From Thermostichus sp. DRC_bins_24 (GTDB taxonomy: Bacteria > Cyanobacteriota > Cyanobacteriia > Thermostichales > Thermostichaceae), in assembly GCA_039794845.1 (NCBI GenBank), contig JAUQVK010000007.1, positions 1-36,580 of the forward strand: a stretch of DNA of 36,580 nucleotides, in the 5' to 3' direction. Below are positions 10,101 through 19,551 of this stretch, piece by piece; position 1 is the stretch's first letter; every line of letters starts with the position of its first letter. A program made the translations under genes and the position numbers. The notes beneath the pieces are model-generated. The model was given only the letters and a program-made list of their open reading frames with translations. It was not told the origin of the DNA and did no database searches.

Positions 10101-11027
10101 TTACAGCATCACCACCCGGTTACGGCCTGCGGCTTTGGCCTGGTAGAGGGCACTATCGGCGGCGGCCAGCAACTTTTGGGGGCCGATCTCTCCCTCCAGG
10201 CTCAGGAGGGAAGCAATGCCGATGCTGCAGGTGAAGGTCAAGGGCTCGGATCCCAAATCCACCACCAACGACTCGATCGCCTGACGGAAACGTTCTGCCA
10301 ACCGCAGCATTTGCGATTCTTCGATGCCACGCACCAGCAGGGCAAACTCATCCCCACTCAAACGGGCCAGCAGATCTTCTTTGCGGATCTGGCCTTGTAA
10401 TCGCTGGGCCGCCTGCATGAGGGCCTGATCCCCGGCCAAGTGTCCCCAACGGTCGTTGATCCCCTTGAACCCATCCAAGTCGAAATAGAAGACATACAGG
10501 GGGGTGTGATGACGCCGGGCGAATTGAATCTCCAGCTCCAGTTGCCTCATGAAAAAGCGCCGGTTGTAAAGGCCGGTGAGGGGGTCATAAATGGCGGCGC
10601 TGGCCATTTGAAGGAAGAAGGCCTCTTCCACCGGGTCGTAATAGGCAAATTTAAGGGTGCTACCCCCAATCTGAATTCGATCTCCTTCAAGGAGGGGAAT
10701 GCGGCTGATGCGCTCACCGTTGACATAGGTGCCGTTTAAGCTTTTCAGATCTGTGAGGATGTAGCGCCCTCCCTCCACATCCAGCCGACAATGCTGCCGG
10801 GAAATGCCATGATCCGCCAGTTGAACATCCGCCGTAGCACCGCGCCCCAAAACCATGCCATCCGTGAGGGGAACGGTCATGCCGGAATTGGCACCGCTGA
10901 GAACCGTCAAAAAAGCCTCAGAGGGCTTGGCCTGGGCTCCCCGCGCATAGACCTCTCCCGGAATTTGGGTGGTTGGCTCCTCTTGATGGTTGGGGGTGGG
11001 ATCAAGGGGCATGACCGACAGAGGCAT
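10101..11027 (-). CDS. FHA domain + GGDEF diguanylate cyclase
   Basis: FHA: LGRG, ISRQH, DLKSLNGTYVNG. GGDEF: DPLTGLYNRR, DLDGFKGINDRWGHLAGD, I-site RKED, active site SGDEF, ADSALYQAKAAGRNRV. Confidence 0.93.
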   Translation of the reverse strand: MPLSVMPLDPTPNHQEEPTTQIPGEVYARGAQAKPSEAFLTVLSGANSGMTVPLTDGMVLGRGATADVQLADHGISRQHCRLDVEGGRYILTDLKSLNGTYVNGERISRIPLLEGDRIQIGGSTLKFAYYDPVEEAFFLQMASAAIYDPLTGLYNRRFFMRQLELEIQFARRHHTPLYVFYFDLDGFKGINDRWGHLAGDQALMQAAQRLQGQIRKEDLLARLSGDEFALLVRGIEESQMLRLAERFRQAIESLVVDLGSEPLTFTCSIGIASLLSLEGEIGPQKLLAAADSALYQAKAAGRNRVVML

Positions 11028-11248
11028 GGATCGCAGTGATGGGTAACCGGCAAGGGCAAACAGAACTTTATCTAAGTTCGATTTAGGTAATTATAAGTAA
11101 TTATGCCCCAATTTAAGATACTGCATTCACCGGCCTATTCCGTAAAATCGCTGAAAACCCTACCGACGTTTTGCGGATGATCCATCCATCTCTTGGCAGA
11201 GCCGGAGAAGGTTTTGAGGCTTAACCCGTGGTTATCCGGATCCGAACC

Positions 11249-12205
11249 CTAACTCAACCCAAGTCGGTCGCGGAAGTAGGGAATGGTCAGCTGCAGGCCG
11301 GTGTGCAGAGGGATCCGCGGTTCCCAGTCCAGGAGGGTGCGGGCCTTTTGAATATCCGGCTGCCGTTGTTTCGGGTCGTCTTCGGGCAGGGGATGGTGGG
11401 CAATTTTTGAAGTACTACCTGTCAAGGCCAAGACCTGTTGGGCCAGCTCCAGCACGGTGAACTCGTGCGGGTTGCCCAAATTGATCGGGCCAGGGTGGGA
11501 TCCGTTCATCAGCCGCATCAGGCCATCCACCAAATCTGAGATGTAGCAAAAGCTGCGGGTTTGGGAGCCATCCCCATAGACCGTCAGGGGCTCCCCCCGC
11601 AAGGCTTGCACAATGAAGTTGCTCACCACCCGGCCATCATCCTCCCGCATGGCGGGGCCATAGGTGTTGAAGATGCGGGCGACCCGAATGTCCAGCTGAT
11701 GTTGCCGGTGCCAATCGAAGGCCAAGGTTTCTGCCAACCGCTTGGATTCGTCGTAGCAAGCCCTTGGGCCGATCGGGTTGACATGGCCCCAATAATCTTC
11801 CGGTTGCGGATGCACCAAGGGATCCCCGTAGACTTCGGAGGTGGAGGCCAAGAGCAGCCTTGCCTGGATCTTATGGGCCAGTTGCAAGAGGTTGTAGGTA
11901 CCCCAGACGCCGGTGCGAATGGTACGAATTGGATCCGCTTGGTAATGGGGAGGAGAAGCGGGACAAGCCAGGTGGTAAATCTGCTGGATCCCGGATTGCT
12001 CGAGCACTTGCGGCAAGGGATCGACAACATCCTGTTGAATAAGCTGGAAAGCAGGGTTCTGCAAATGGGCCTGAATGTTGAGCTGACGACCGGTGTAGCC
12101 ATTGTCTAGGCAGATCACCCGGTGCCCTTCCTTCAGCAGCCGGGTCACCAGATGGGAGCCGATAAACCCCATGCCGCCGGTGACCAAAATGTTCAAGGTG
12201 CTCAC
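11249..12205 (-). CDS. UDP-glucuronic acid decarboxylase (UDP-xylose synthase) family SDR
   Basis: [55 protein letters not shown] 12205 overlaps the ugd stop (GTGA). Confidence 0.92.
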   Translation of the reverse strand: MSTLNILVTGGMGFIGSHLVTRLLKEGHRVICLDNGYTGRQLNIQAHLQNPAFQLIQQDVVDPLPQVLEQSGIQQIYHLACPASPPHYQADPIRTIRTGVWGTYNLLQLAHKIQARLLLASTSEVYGDPLVHPQPEDYWGHVNPIGPRACYDESKRLAETLAFDWHRQHQLDIRVARIFNTYGPAMREDDGRVVSNFIVQALRGEPLTVYGDGSQTRSFCYISDLVDGLMRLMNGSHPGPINLGNPHEFTVLELAQQVLALTGSTSKIAHHPLPEDDPKQRQPDIQKARTLLDWEPRIPLHTGLQLTIPYFRDRLGLS

Positions 12206-13650
12206 CAACCTACTCCCAAAACGGTCATGCCTGCCTGCCGCAACGCCTGCCGATCCAAACAATTACGCCCGTCGATCAACAGAGGCCGCCGCATCAAGCC
12301 CGCCAAACGGCCATAATCCAAAGTCTGGAACTCTTGCCATTCGGTAACCAACACCAAAGCATCACAATCCTGAGCCAGCCGCAGCACATCGGTTTCCACC
12401 ACCACATGGGCCAAGCCCTCGCGGATCCCGGAGCCCGAAACCACCGGGTCGTAGGCTTTCACTTTGGCTCCCAGCTTGTGCAGGTGCTCGATCAAGCTCA
12501 GAGACGGGGCATCGCGCATATCGTCGGTATTGGGTTTGAAGGTGAGGCCGAGCAGGCCGATGGTTTTCCCCTTCAGGACTTTCAGGGACTGTTGTAGCTT
12601 TTCCACCAAGCGTTGCCGTTGCTCTTGGTTCACCTCGACTGTGGCGCGCAAAAGGCGGGCTTCATAGCCATAATCGGCTGCCGTTTGAATCAGGGCCGCC
12701 ACATCCTTAGGAAAGCAACTGCCCCCCCAACCCAACCCCGCATTCAGAAAAGCGCGCCCAATCCGCTGGTCCAGACCGATCCCATCTGCAACCTGGGTAA
12801 CATCCGCCCCGGTGCGCTCACAAATGTTGGCGATCTCGTTGATGAAGCTAATCTTGGTGGCCAAAAAAGCGTTGGCAGCATATTTGATCATCTCGGCAGA
12901 GGCTAGATCGGTCACCACCCAAGGCACAGGGGATCCCTTCAACTCCCCCTGCCGGCTCAGGATTGGCTCGTAGAGCTCCCGCATGATCTGGATGGCTCGC
13001 TCACTGTCGGATCCCACCACGATGCGATCGGGGTTGAAGGTATCGTGAATGGCACTGCCCTCCCGCAAAAATTCTGGATTGCTGACCACATCAAACTGCG
13101 GCATCCAACGGGATTCACTCAGGGTAGCGACACTCCCTTGCCCCATAACCGTTTCTGGGTTTCCCTCTTGCCAGAGTTCCTCGGCTTCACCCTCTTCAGA
13201 TCTGCTGTTAAAGCGTTGCTTGGCGGCCTCGGCGGCTCCATCCAGGATGATCATGCGCACCCAGTCGCCGGAGCCAATGGGTACAGTGGATTTGTTGACA
13301 ATGACCCGATAATGTTCGTCCAGCTGTTGGCCAATCTCTCGGGCAACGGCTTCTACGTAGCGCAAATCGGGATCCCCACTGGGTAAGGCAGGGGTGCCGA
13401 CGGCAATAAACACCACCTGGCTGGGTTGGATCCCGGTTCGGAGATCGGTGGTGAACTGCAACCGGCCACCGGCAGAGCCCTCCCGGACCAATTCCTCTAG
13501 GCCAGGTTCGTAAATGGGCAATCGACCCCGCTGGAGCCCTTCGATTTTGGCCGGGTTGTTGTCCACACAAATGACCTGGTGGCCAAGGTGGGCCAGGCAA
13601 GCCCCTGTTACCAACCCGACATAGCCGGTACCGATAACCGCAACATGCAT
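12202..13650 (-). CDS. ugd: UDP-glucose 6-dehydrogenase
   Basis: [30 protein letters not shown], catalytic [15 protein letters not shown]. Start set at MHVAVIG. Confidence 0.95.
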   Translation of the reverse strand: MHVAVIGTGYVGLVTGACLAHLGHQVICVDNNPAKIEGLQRGRLPIYEPGLEELVREGSAGGRLQFTTDLRTGIQPSQVVFIAVGTPALPSGDPDLRYVEAVAREIGQQLDEHYRVIVNKSTVPIGSGDWVRMIILDGAAEAAKQRFNSRSEEGEAEELWQEGNPETVMGQGSVATLSESRWMPQFDVVSNPEFLREGSAIHDTFNPDRIVVGSDSERAIQIMRELYEPILSRQGELKGSPVPWVVTDLASAEMIKYAANAFLATKISFINEIANICERTGADVTQVADGIGLDQRIGRAFLNAGLGWGGSCFPKDVAALIQTAADYGYEARLLRATVEVNQEQRQRLVEKLQQSLKVLKGKTIGLLGLTFKPNTDDMRDAPSLSLIEHLHKLGAKVKAYDPVVSGSGIREGLAHVVVETDVLRLAQDCDALVLVTEWQEFQTLDYGRLAGLMRRPLLIDGRNCLDRQALRQAGMTVLGVGW

Positions 13651-13823
13651 AGCATGCATAGATTCAATCATCCTTTACTCAATCGTATTCTTTCGAACAT
13701 GGCTTCTGCGGGTGCTGCTCCCAAGATACTCTGTCGAGGGCAATCCCCAGCGTCTGCGGCGGGGAATCTCCGTTTTCTCTCGAGGCCAATGGCAGAATAA
13801 AGGGTGGCCTTCTCTTTGGGTTT

Positions 13824-14732
13824 GTGAGTCTGTCGGCTTCCAGTGCGGTCTCAGGGCATCGTCAGCGCCAGGTGCAAAAGGTGCTGTACATCACGCTAGG
13901 ACTGAATATTTTGGTATTTCTGGTCAAGTTGATTTTGGGGCTAACGACGGGATCCCTGAGCTTAATTGCCGATGCGCTGCATACCTCTACCGACAGTGCC
14001 AGCAACATTTTGGGCCTGTTGGCCATGCGCTTTTCTTCACCAGAGCCGGATGCCGATCATCCCTATGGGCACCGAAAGTTTGAGTCCATTGGAGCTTTGG
14101 GAATCGCTGCTTTTTTGGGCATGGCCAGTTTTGAAATTTTGCGCTCGGCAATTGGCCGTTTTTTTGAACCGGATCCCCGCCTGGAAATCGATGAACTGAC
14201 GCTGATGTTGATGGTGGGAGTGTTGTTCATCAATATCTTCGTCACCGTCTATGAGCACCAACGGGGCAAAGCACTGTCTAGCCGCTTGTTATTGGCAGAT
14301 GCCCGCCATACCCTTAGCGATGTTTGGGTAACCTTGACGGTGTTGTTGGGGTTGGTCGGCGTCCGCTGGGGGATCCTCTGGTTGGATCAAGCCTTGGCCT
14401 TTCCGGTGGGCTTGCTGGTGTTTTGGAGCGGCTGGCAAGTCTTGCGAGAAAATGTTCCTTACCTAACCGACAGTGTGGCCATTCCTCCCAAGGCTTTGCG
14501 GGAGCTGGTCATGAGCCTGCCGGGGGTTCTGGATTGCCATGAGATCACCTCCCGCGGGATCCCTGGACAGATGATTTTTATCGAGATGCATATGGTGGTG
14601 GAACCCCAGGATATCGAGTCGGCCCACCGCATCACCGAAGAGGTTGAGCAACTGTTGCGGGAGCGTTATGGGGCTGTGCGGGCCACCATTCACCTTGAGC
14701 CCTACGCCTACATTGAGGGATCCGATTCTTGA
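13824..14732 (+). CDS. Cation diffusion facilitator family transporter
   Basis: ADALHTSTD, HPYGHRKFE, ADARHTLSD, hydrophobic segments, C-terminal TIHLEP. Confidence 0.92.
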   Translation: MSLSASSAVSGHRQRQVQKVLYITLGLNILVFLVKLILGLTTGSLSLIADALHTSTDSASNILGLLAMRFSSPEPDADHPYGHRKFESIGALGIAAFLGMASFEILRSAIGRFFEPDPRLEIDELTLMLMVGVLFINIFVTVYEHQRGKALSSRLLLADARHTLSDVWVTLTVLLGLVGVRWGILWLDQALAFPVGLLVFWSGWQVLRENVPYLTDSVAIPPKALRELVMSLPGVLDCHEITSRGIPGQMIFIEMHMVVEPQDIESAHRITEEVEQLLRERYGAVRATIHLEPYAYIEGSDS

Positions 14733-14736
14733 GGGC

Positions 14737-15957
14737 ATGTTCAGCCGGATCGCGGAGCTTATTGTCAGTTTGCTCCTGTACATCAGCTGTTACATCAGCT
14801 GTGTGAGTTGCGGACATCAGATTCCGGCCAAACCGCCAACGTTTTCCCTCATGGCCGGGTTGGAATTGCTTCACCACCCCATTCCAACAGAGGATCCCCT
14901 CGCTCAACGGTATTTCGACCAAGGGCTAACCTGGCTCTATGCCTTTAACCCAGAAGCAGCAACACGCTCCTTTGAAGCAGCCCTAGAACGGGATCCCACC
15001 TGTGGCCTTTGCCTTTGGGGGATAGCCTACGCACTTGGCCCCAACCTAGCGCATCCCAGGCCCCGTAGCTCTCAATCCTCTCAGGCTCAAATTCTAGACC
15101 TGCTGGCCAAAGGACAGGCTCTGACGACCGACCGACCCACCCGCGCCTATCTCTGGGCACTCGGGCAACGCTACTCCCCCTTAGAAACGTTGAAGACTTC
15201 ATCTGAGCAGGATCAGGCCCTGCAGTATGCCGGGGCGATGCGCAGCCTGAAGACCCTTTTCCCAGAAGATCGGGATGCGGCTACCCTCTACGCTGAAGCC
15301 CTGATGCTGCTGTCCCCGGGGCAGTATTGGACAACGACTGGCCAGCCGGGACCCTACACCGAAGAGATCCTCACCACCCTAGAAGGGGTGCTCACCCGGG
15401 ATCCCAACCATCCGGGCGCCAACCATCTCTACATCCATGCCCTAGAGGGATCCCCGACCCCAGAGCGAGCCTTGGCCAGTGCCGAACGGTTGGAAAGGCT
15501 TGTGCCCGCTGCCGGGCATCTCTTGCACATGCCCGCCCATCTTTACGTGCGTTTGGGGCGTTTTGCCGATGCTTACCGGGTGGGGTTAAAAGCCATTCGG
15601 GCGGATCGGGATGTGTTGGTGGGGGCAGAGATCTGGCGTAGCAATTATGCTCGGACTTTTTATCCCCACCATCTCGGCTGTTTGCTGGCAGCTGCTCAAG
15701 GGCTTCAAGCCGCAGCGCCCCTCTCTTCAGCCAAACTCAACTCAGCTTGCGGCGAGGTTGCAGGCGCAAATTGGCATGGTTATCCGGCGGGCAGCGAAAA
15801 GACCGACTCAATCCCTGTAGAAATCGACCAGCCGGCTGCGGAAAGTGCGGAAAGTGCAGTTCTGGATCCCCGGCAGCCAACCCCGCCCAGAGATAGCGCA
15901 ATTGCGGGGCCAAGGCTTCCGCTTGGTCCAGAGGCAAATGGAATGGCCCAGAGGTGA
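14737..15957 (+). pseudogene. TPR-like protein, apparently C-terminally truncated; the frame reads through antisense into the next gene
   Basis: Family-like motifs AQRYFDQGL, WGIAYALGPN, HPGANHLYIHALE, GHLLHMPAH up to about 15700; the last 221 nt overlap the convergent metallophosphoesterase. Could still be a functional short protein. Confidence 0.5.
14779..14802 (+). repeat. Perfect 12-bp tandem duplication TACATCAGCTGT x2 (YISC-YISC)
   Basis: Read directly from the sequence. Confidence 0.9.
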
Positions 15958-16873
15958 GAAACTTCACCATCACCGGTTCGCTCCGCTGCCCCATCCACTC
16001 CCGCGAGAACTCCTGAAGGTGCGGCCAATCGGGCAGGGATCCGACTTGATAGCTTTCGATTTCCACTTGGATCCCTTGCTCATCAGGATTCAACCCATCT
16101 TCCTCAGGATGAGTCCTGATCTGCACCAAACGATAGGGATGGGGAAAACTCACCAACGACCCCGTGGTGATGTCGTACACGCCGCCACGCCGGGCAATGT
16201 GTTGCATGTGCAAATGCCCCGTAAACACCAACTGCACCCCGTAGGTCTGCAACAGCCGCCGCAACCGAGGGGCATTGTCAAGCATGTAGCGACGCCCCCA
16301 GGCATGTAAAGATTGCCCCCGCAAATGCTCCACCACGTTGTGATGCACCATCAGCAGCACGAGCGCTTCTGGAGCCGCGGCCAGTTCTTTTTCCAGCCAG
16401 GTCAGTTGCTCCACTTGTAGACCCCCCACCAAATGGCCCTGGGCATCGAAGTGGTTGGAATTCAACCCAATGAGACGTACCCCCGGCATCAACACTCGGC
16501 TGTAATCTAAGGCTTGCCCGTCTTCATAACCAAAGGCTTGGTAATACCGGGGAAAATCCGCCAAACCAATAGAACGCCCATCAGCTTGGAGTTGGGGCAC
16601 ATCGTGATTGCCGGGCACCACAAAAACCGGAAAGGGTAGCCGGGCCAACCGCTCTGCCAACCAAGCATGGTTCTCGGGTTCCCCGTGCTGCGTCAGATCC
16701 CCAGGCAAAAGCAGAAAATCCAAATCCAACCGGGAGAAATGCTGCAATACCTGCTCCAGGGCCGGAATGCTCACCTCCACCAGATGAAAACGGCTAGAGG
16801 GATCCCCAATGGTGGCGGGGAGGGCAATGTGGGGGTCGCTCACCACCCCAAAGCGAATCTGTACAGGGGGCAT
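15737..16873 (-). CDS. Calcineurin-like metallophosphoesterase
   Basis: Five motifs: SDPH, GDLT, PGNHD, MVHHN, TGHLH. Confidence 0.92.
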   Translation of the reverse strand: MPPVQIRFGVVSDPHIALPATIGDPSSRFHLVEVSIPALEQVLQHFSRLDLDFLLLPGDLTQHGEPENHAWLAERLARLPFPVFVVPGNHDVPQLQADGRSIGLADFPRYYQAFGYEDGQALDYSRVLMPGVRLIGLNSNHFDAQGHLVGGLQVEQLTWLEKELAAAPEALVLLMVHHNVVEHLRGQSLHAWGRRYMLDNAPRLRRLLQTYGVQLVFTGHLHMQHIARRGGVYDITTGSLVSFPHPYRLVQIRTHPEEDGLNPDEQGIQVEIESYQVGSLPDWPHLQEFSREWMGQRSEPVMVKFLTSGPFHLPLDQAEALAPQLRYLWAGLAAGDPELHFPHFPQPAGRFLQGLSRSFRCPPDNHANLRLQPRRKLS

Positions 16874-17055
16874 TGGGTCTCTCGTTGTCTCTAGCCATGA
16901 TAGCCTTGCGAGTCTTTCACGTCCTCTTCACAACGACTCCTTTAGGATGTGACCAACCCCAAGGGCCGAGCGCGTACTCTTCACTCGTTGGCTTGGGGCT
17001 GCAGATGTCTGTTGATACTCTGCCTTGCACGTGTTGTTCCTCAAAGGAGGTGCTC

Positions 17056-17652
17056 ATGAATCGAGCAATGTCCTTACTGGCTTTTCTCACCCTCACCCCC
17101 GCATTGCTGGTGGCCTGTCAGCCGGCTCCCGATCCGTCTGCGGTGATGGACGAAGGGAATGGACCGCTCACCAGTCCTGCCGATCCCGACCTGGGATCCC
17201 CTATCGCTCCACTGGAGCAGCCACAGGCGCAGCAGCCGCTGGAGCCTGCCCCTGAATCCTGGATTGGGCAGGAAGGGCTAGAGAGCGAGCCCTCTTTCCA
17301 GGAAAGGCCGGAAAATGTCATCTTGCAGGTGGTGGAAGTCGAAGCGAACGAGAACCAGATTGAATTGGAGCTGCTCGTCACCAATGAGAGCCCAGAACCT
17401 GTTGCCCTCAACGCCACCGAATCGGGGTTGATCCTGGTGGATGACCTGGGCAACACCTATGCCCTTGCCGCACCTGAGGACAACCCAGAGTTGCAGATCG
17501 AGCCCAGCCGCGACTGGCAGCAACGGCTGGTGTTTGAAGGGGATCTGCCGGAAGAGGCCCAATTTCTCACCTTGATCACCAACTTCGGCCCTGAACCCGA
17601 TCTGCCGGAGCAGCCGAAGCTAACCTTGCCCGGGATCCCTGCCCGCAGTTAG
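17056..17652 (+). CDS. Lipoprotein with Pro/Glu-rich linker and acidic beta-rich C-terminal domain
   Basis: AGGAGG at 17045-17050, ATG 17056, signal peptide with lipobox LVA-C. Confidence 0.8.
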   Translation: MNRAMSLLAFLTLTPALLVACQPAPDPSAVMDEGNGPLTSPADPDLGSPIAPLEQPQAQQPLEPAPESWIGQEGLESEPSFQERPENVILQVVEVEANENQIELELLVTNESPEPVALNATESGLILVDDLGNTYALAAPEDNPELQIEPSRDWQQRLVFEGDLPEEAQFLTLITNFGPEPDLPEQPKLTLPGIPARS

Positions 17653-17693
17653 AGATCTGGCCGGGTCAAACCCCAATGTCATCCATAGTCTCC

Positions 17694-17720
17694 GGGATCC
17701 CCTGTGGGGATCCCTCTTTT
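17694..17720 (+). terminator. Intrinsic terminator-like hairpin made of two GGGATCCC octamers
   Basis: GGGATCCCC (17694-17702), TGT loop, GGGGATCCC (17706-17714), then TCTTTT; about 40 nt after the lipoprotein stop. Confidence 0.6.
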
Positions 17721-17763
17721 CTTCGAGACATTAGGGTTTTCTCTTCGAGACATTAGGGTTTTC
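17720..17763 (+). repeat. Perfect 22-bp tandem duplication TCTTCGAGACATTAGGGTTTTC x2
   Basis: Units at 17720-17741 and 17742-17763. Confidence 0.92.
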
Positions 17764-17827
17764 GCCGTGCTCCCGTGGCTGAGGATACAGTGGAAGAGTT
17801 CCCTCTAGTCCGGATCTCTTCTTCTCC

Positions 17828-18883
17828 ATGACCACGACCATCGAAGTGCCCAAGCGGGGCCTGCCTGTCACCATCATCACGGGCTTTTTGGGCAGTGGCA
17901 AAACCACGCTCCTCAACCACATTCTCAACAACCAACAGGGGATGCGCACCGCGGTGCTGGTGAACGAATTCGGCGAGATCAGCATCGATTCGGAATTGAT
18001 CGTCTCCAGTGAAGAAGACTTGGTGGAACTGAATAACGGCTGCATCTGCTGTACGGTGCGCGGGGATATTGCCGAGAGCGTGCTGCGATTAATGGAGCGT
18101 TCCGACAAAATTGACTACTTGGTGGTAGAAACAACGGGGCTGGCGGATCCCTTGCCGGTGGCCCTCACCTTTTTGGGGCCAGAGTTGCGAGACCTAACGC
18201 GACTGGACTCAATTGTTACCCTTGTGGATGCCACCAACTTTGCCCCCGATCTGTTCAACAGCGATGTCGCCTACAGCCAAATTGCCTATGGGGATGTGAT
18301 CCTCCTCAACAAGACCGATTTGGTCCCAGAACCCGAATTACAGCGTCTAGAAAAACGAATCCGCGAAATTAAAGAAGATGCCCGCATTTTGCGCTCCATC
18401 AACAGTGCGGTGCGGTTAGAGCTGATCTTGGATACCGATCTATTTCAGGCCAGCTCCTTGCCCCAGGGAGCTGCCCATGCGCATCACGACCATGATCACC
18501 ATGACCATGAGCACTGTGATCACTCCGATCACGACCACAGCCACGACCACGCTCATCACAACCATATCGAGGCCGATGGTTTTAATTCCCTTGCCTTCGA
18601 GAGCGACAAGCCTTTTTCGTTAGATGCCTTCCAAACCTTCCTGAACGAGTTGCCCGATGCGGTCTTTCGGGCTAAGGGAGTGCTGTGGTTCGACGAAAGC
18701 CCTGAACGTCATATTTTTCACCTCAGCGGTCGGCGCTACACCCTCAGCAGTGATGAATGGCCTCGCCAGCCCAAAAACCAGTTGGTCCTGATCGGTCAGC
18801 ATCTCAATACGGCCCAGTTAAGGGAAAAGCTCGAAGCTTGTATCGCTCGTCCGGTTACGCAGGGCAAGGGCTTTGGGCGCTAG
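17828..18883 (+). CDS. COG0523/CobW family GTPase (putative metallochaperone)
   Basis: Walker [19 protein letters not shown] (CxCC), ETTG, NKTD, His-rich linker, CobW_C FRAKG. Confidence 0.93.
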   Translation: MTTTIEVPKRGLPVTIITGFLGSGKTTLLNHILNNQQGMRTAVLVNEFGEISIDSELIVSSEEDLVELNNGCICCTVRGDIAESVLRLMERSDKIDYLVVETTGLADPLPVALTFLGPELRDLTRLDSIVTLVDATNFAPDLFNSDVAYSQIAYGDVILLNKTDLVPEPELQRLEKRIREIKEDARILRSINSAVRLELILDTDLFQASSLPQGAAHAHHDHDHHDHEHCDHSDHDHSHDHAHHNHIEADGFNSLAFESDKPFSLDAFQTFLNELPDAVFRAKGVLWFDESPERHIFHLSGRRYTLSSDEWPRQPKNQLVLIGQHLNTAQLREKLEACIARPVTQGKGFGR

Positions 18884-18960
18884 AGGGGGGTTCAACAATT
18901 GGTCGGGGATCCGTTCCAACAGCTTGGATAATGGGGCTGTGAGGTGATGGCATTTCATCC

Positions 18961-19287
18961 ATGTCCGACATCTTCGTGATGATCCGCAATCAGGCCAACA
19001 ATGCCCTGACCTCCATCGACGGGATCCCTTTCGTCAGTTTTTTGGAACGCCAAGGGCAACTGATTGCCGAAGAAACCATCGAGTTAATCTACGCGGATGC
19101 TGGGTTTGATGACCTGCCGATTGGGGAATACACTGTGGGGGTATGGCATGAACGGGTGGAGCCGCCAAGAGCCACCTGCCCAGTGGAAATTAGGGCTGCC
19201 GACGAAGTTGTTCTGGTAACGTTTGTATACTTAGAGCCCGAGCGGGTTCTGCTGAACACTCAGATCGCTGTGGAAAAGAGGTTGTAA
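18961..19287 (+). CDS. Hypothetical protein (beta-rich, FDDLPIGEYTV)
   Basis: Clean 108-aa ORF with protein-like composition, 2 nt from the next ORF. Confidence 0.7.
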   Translation: MSDIFVMIRNQANNALTSIDGIPFVSFLERQGQLIAEETIELIYADAGFDDLPIGEYTVGVWHERVEPPRATCPVEIRAADEVVLVTFVYLEPERVLLNTQIAVEKRL

Positions 19288-19289
19288 CC

Positions 19290-19511
19290 ATGACCGTCAA
19301 AGTGATCCCATCACGCTCGATCAAAGCCTTCCGCTATCGAGTGTTTTGCTTGGGACAGGATCTCTGGAACGCACGGGATCCCATTAGCCGTGCCAACCTC
19401 GCGCTGCAACTGGCGGATGCGGCCACTACCCTAGCCCGAATGGAAGTGCAGGCGGCTCACTCCCTCAATGTCGCTGAAACCTATTCCATGCCGGATGTGG
19501 GTCATTTGTAA
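19290..19511 (+). CDS. Small hypothetical protein
   Basis: 73-aa ORF tightly coupled to the previous one; helical RANLALQLADAATTLARME. Confidence 0.65.
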   Translation: MTVKVIPSRSIKAFRYRVFCLGQDLWNARDPISRANLALQLADAATTLARMEVQAAHSLNVAETYSMPDVGHL

Positions 19512-19551
19512 ACCAAGGACTAGAGCTTAACCGGAGCTTAGGTTTACAGCC

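Noticed and set aside
18475..18566. Repetitive CAC/GAC/CAT DNA as a separate repeat element
   Set aside because: Explained by the His/Asp-rich linker of the COG0523 protein.
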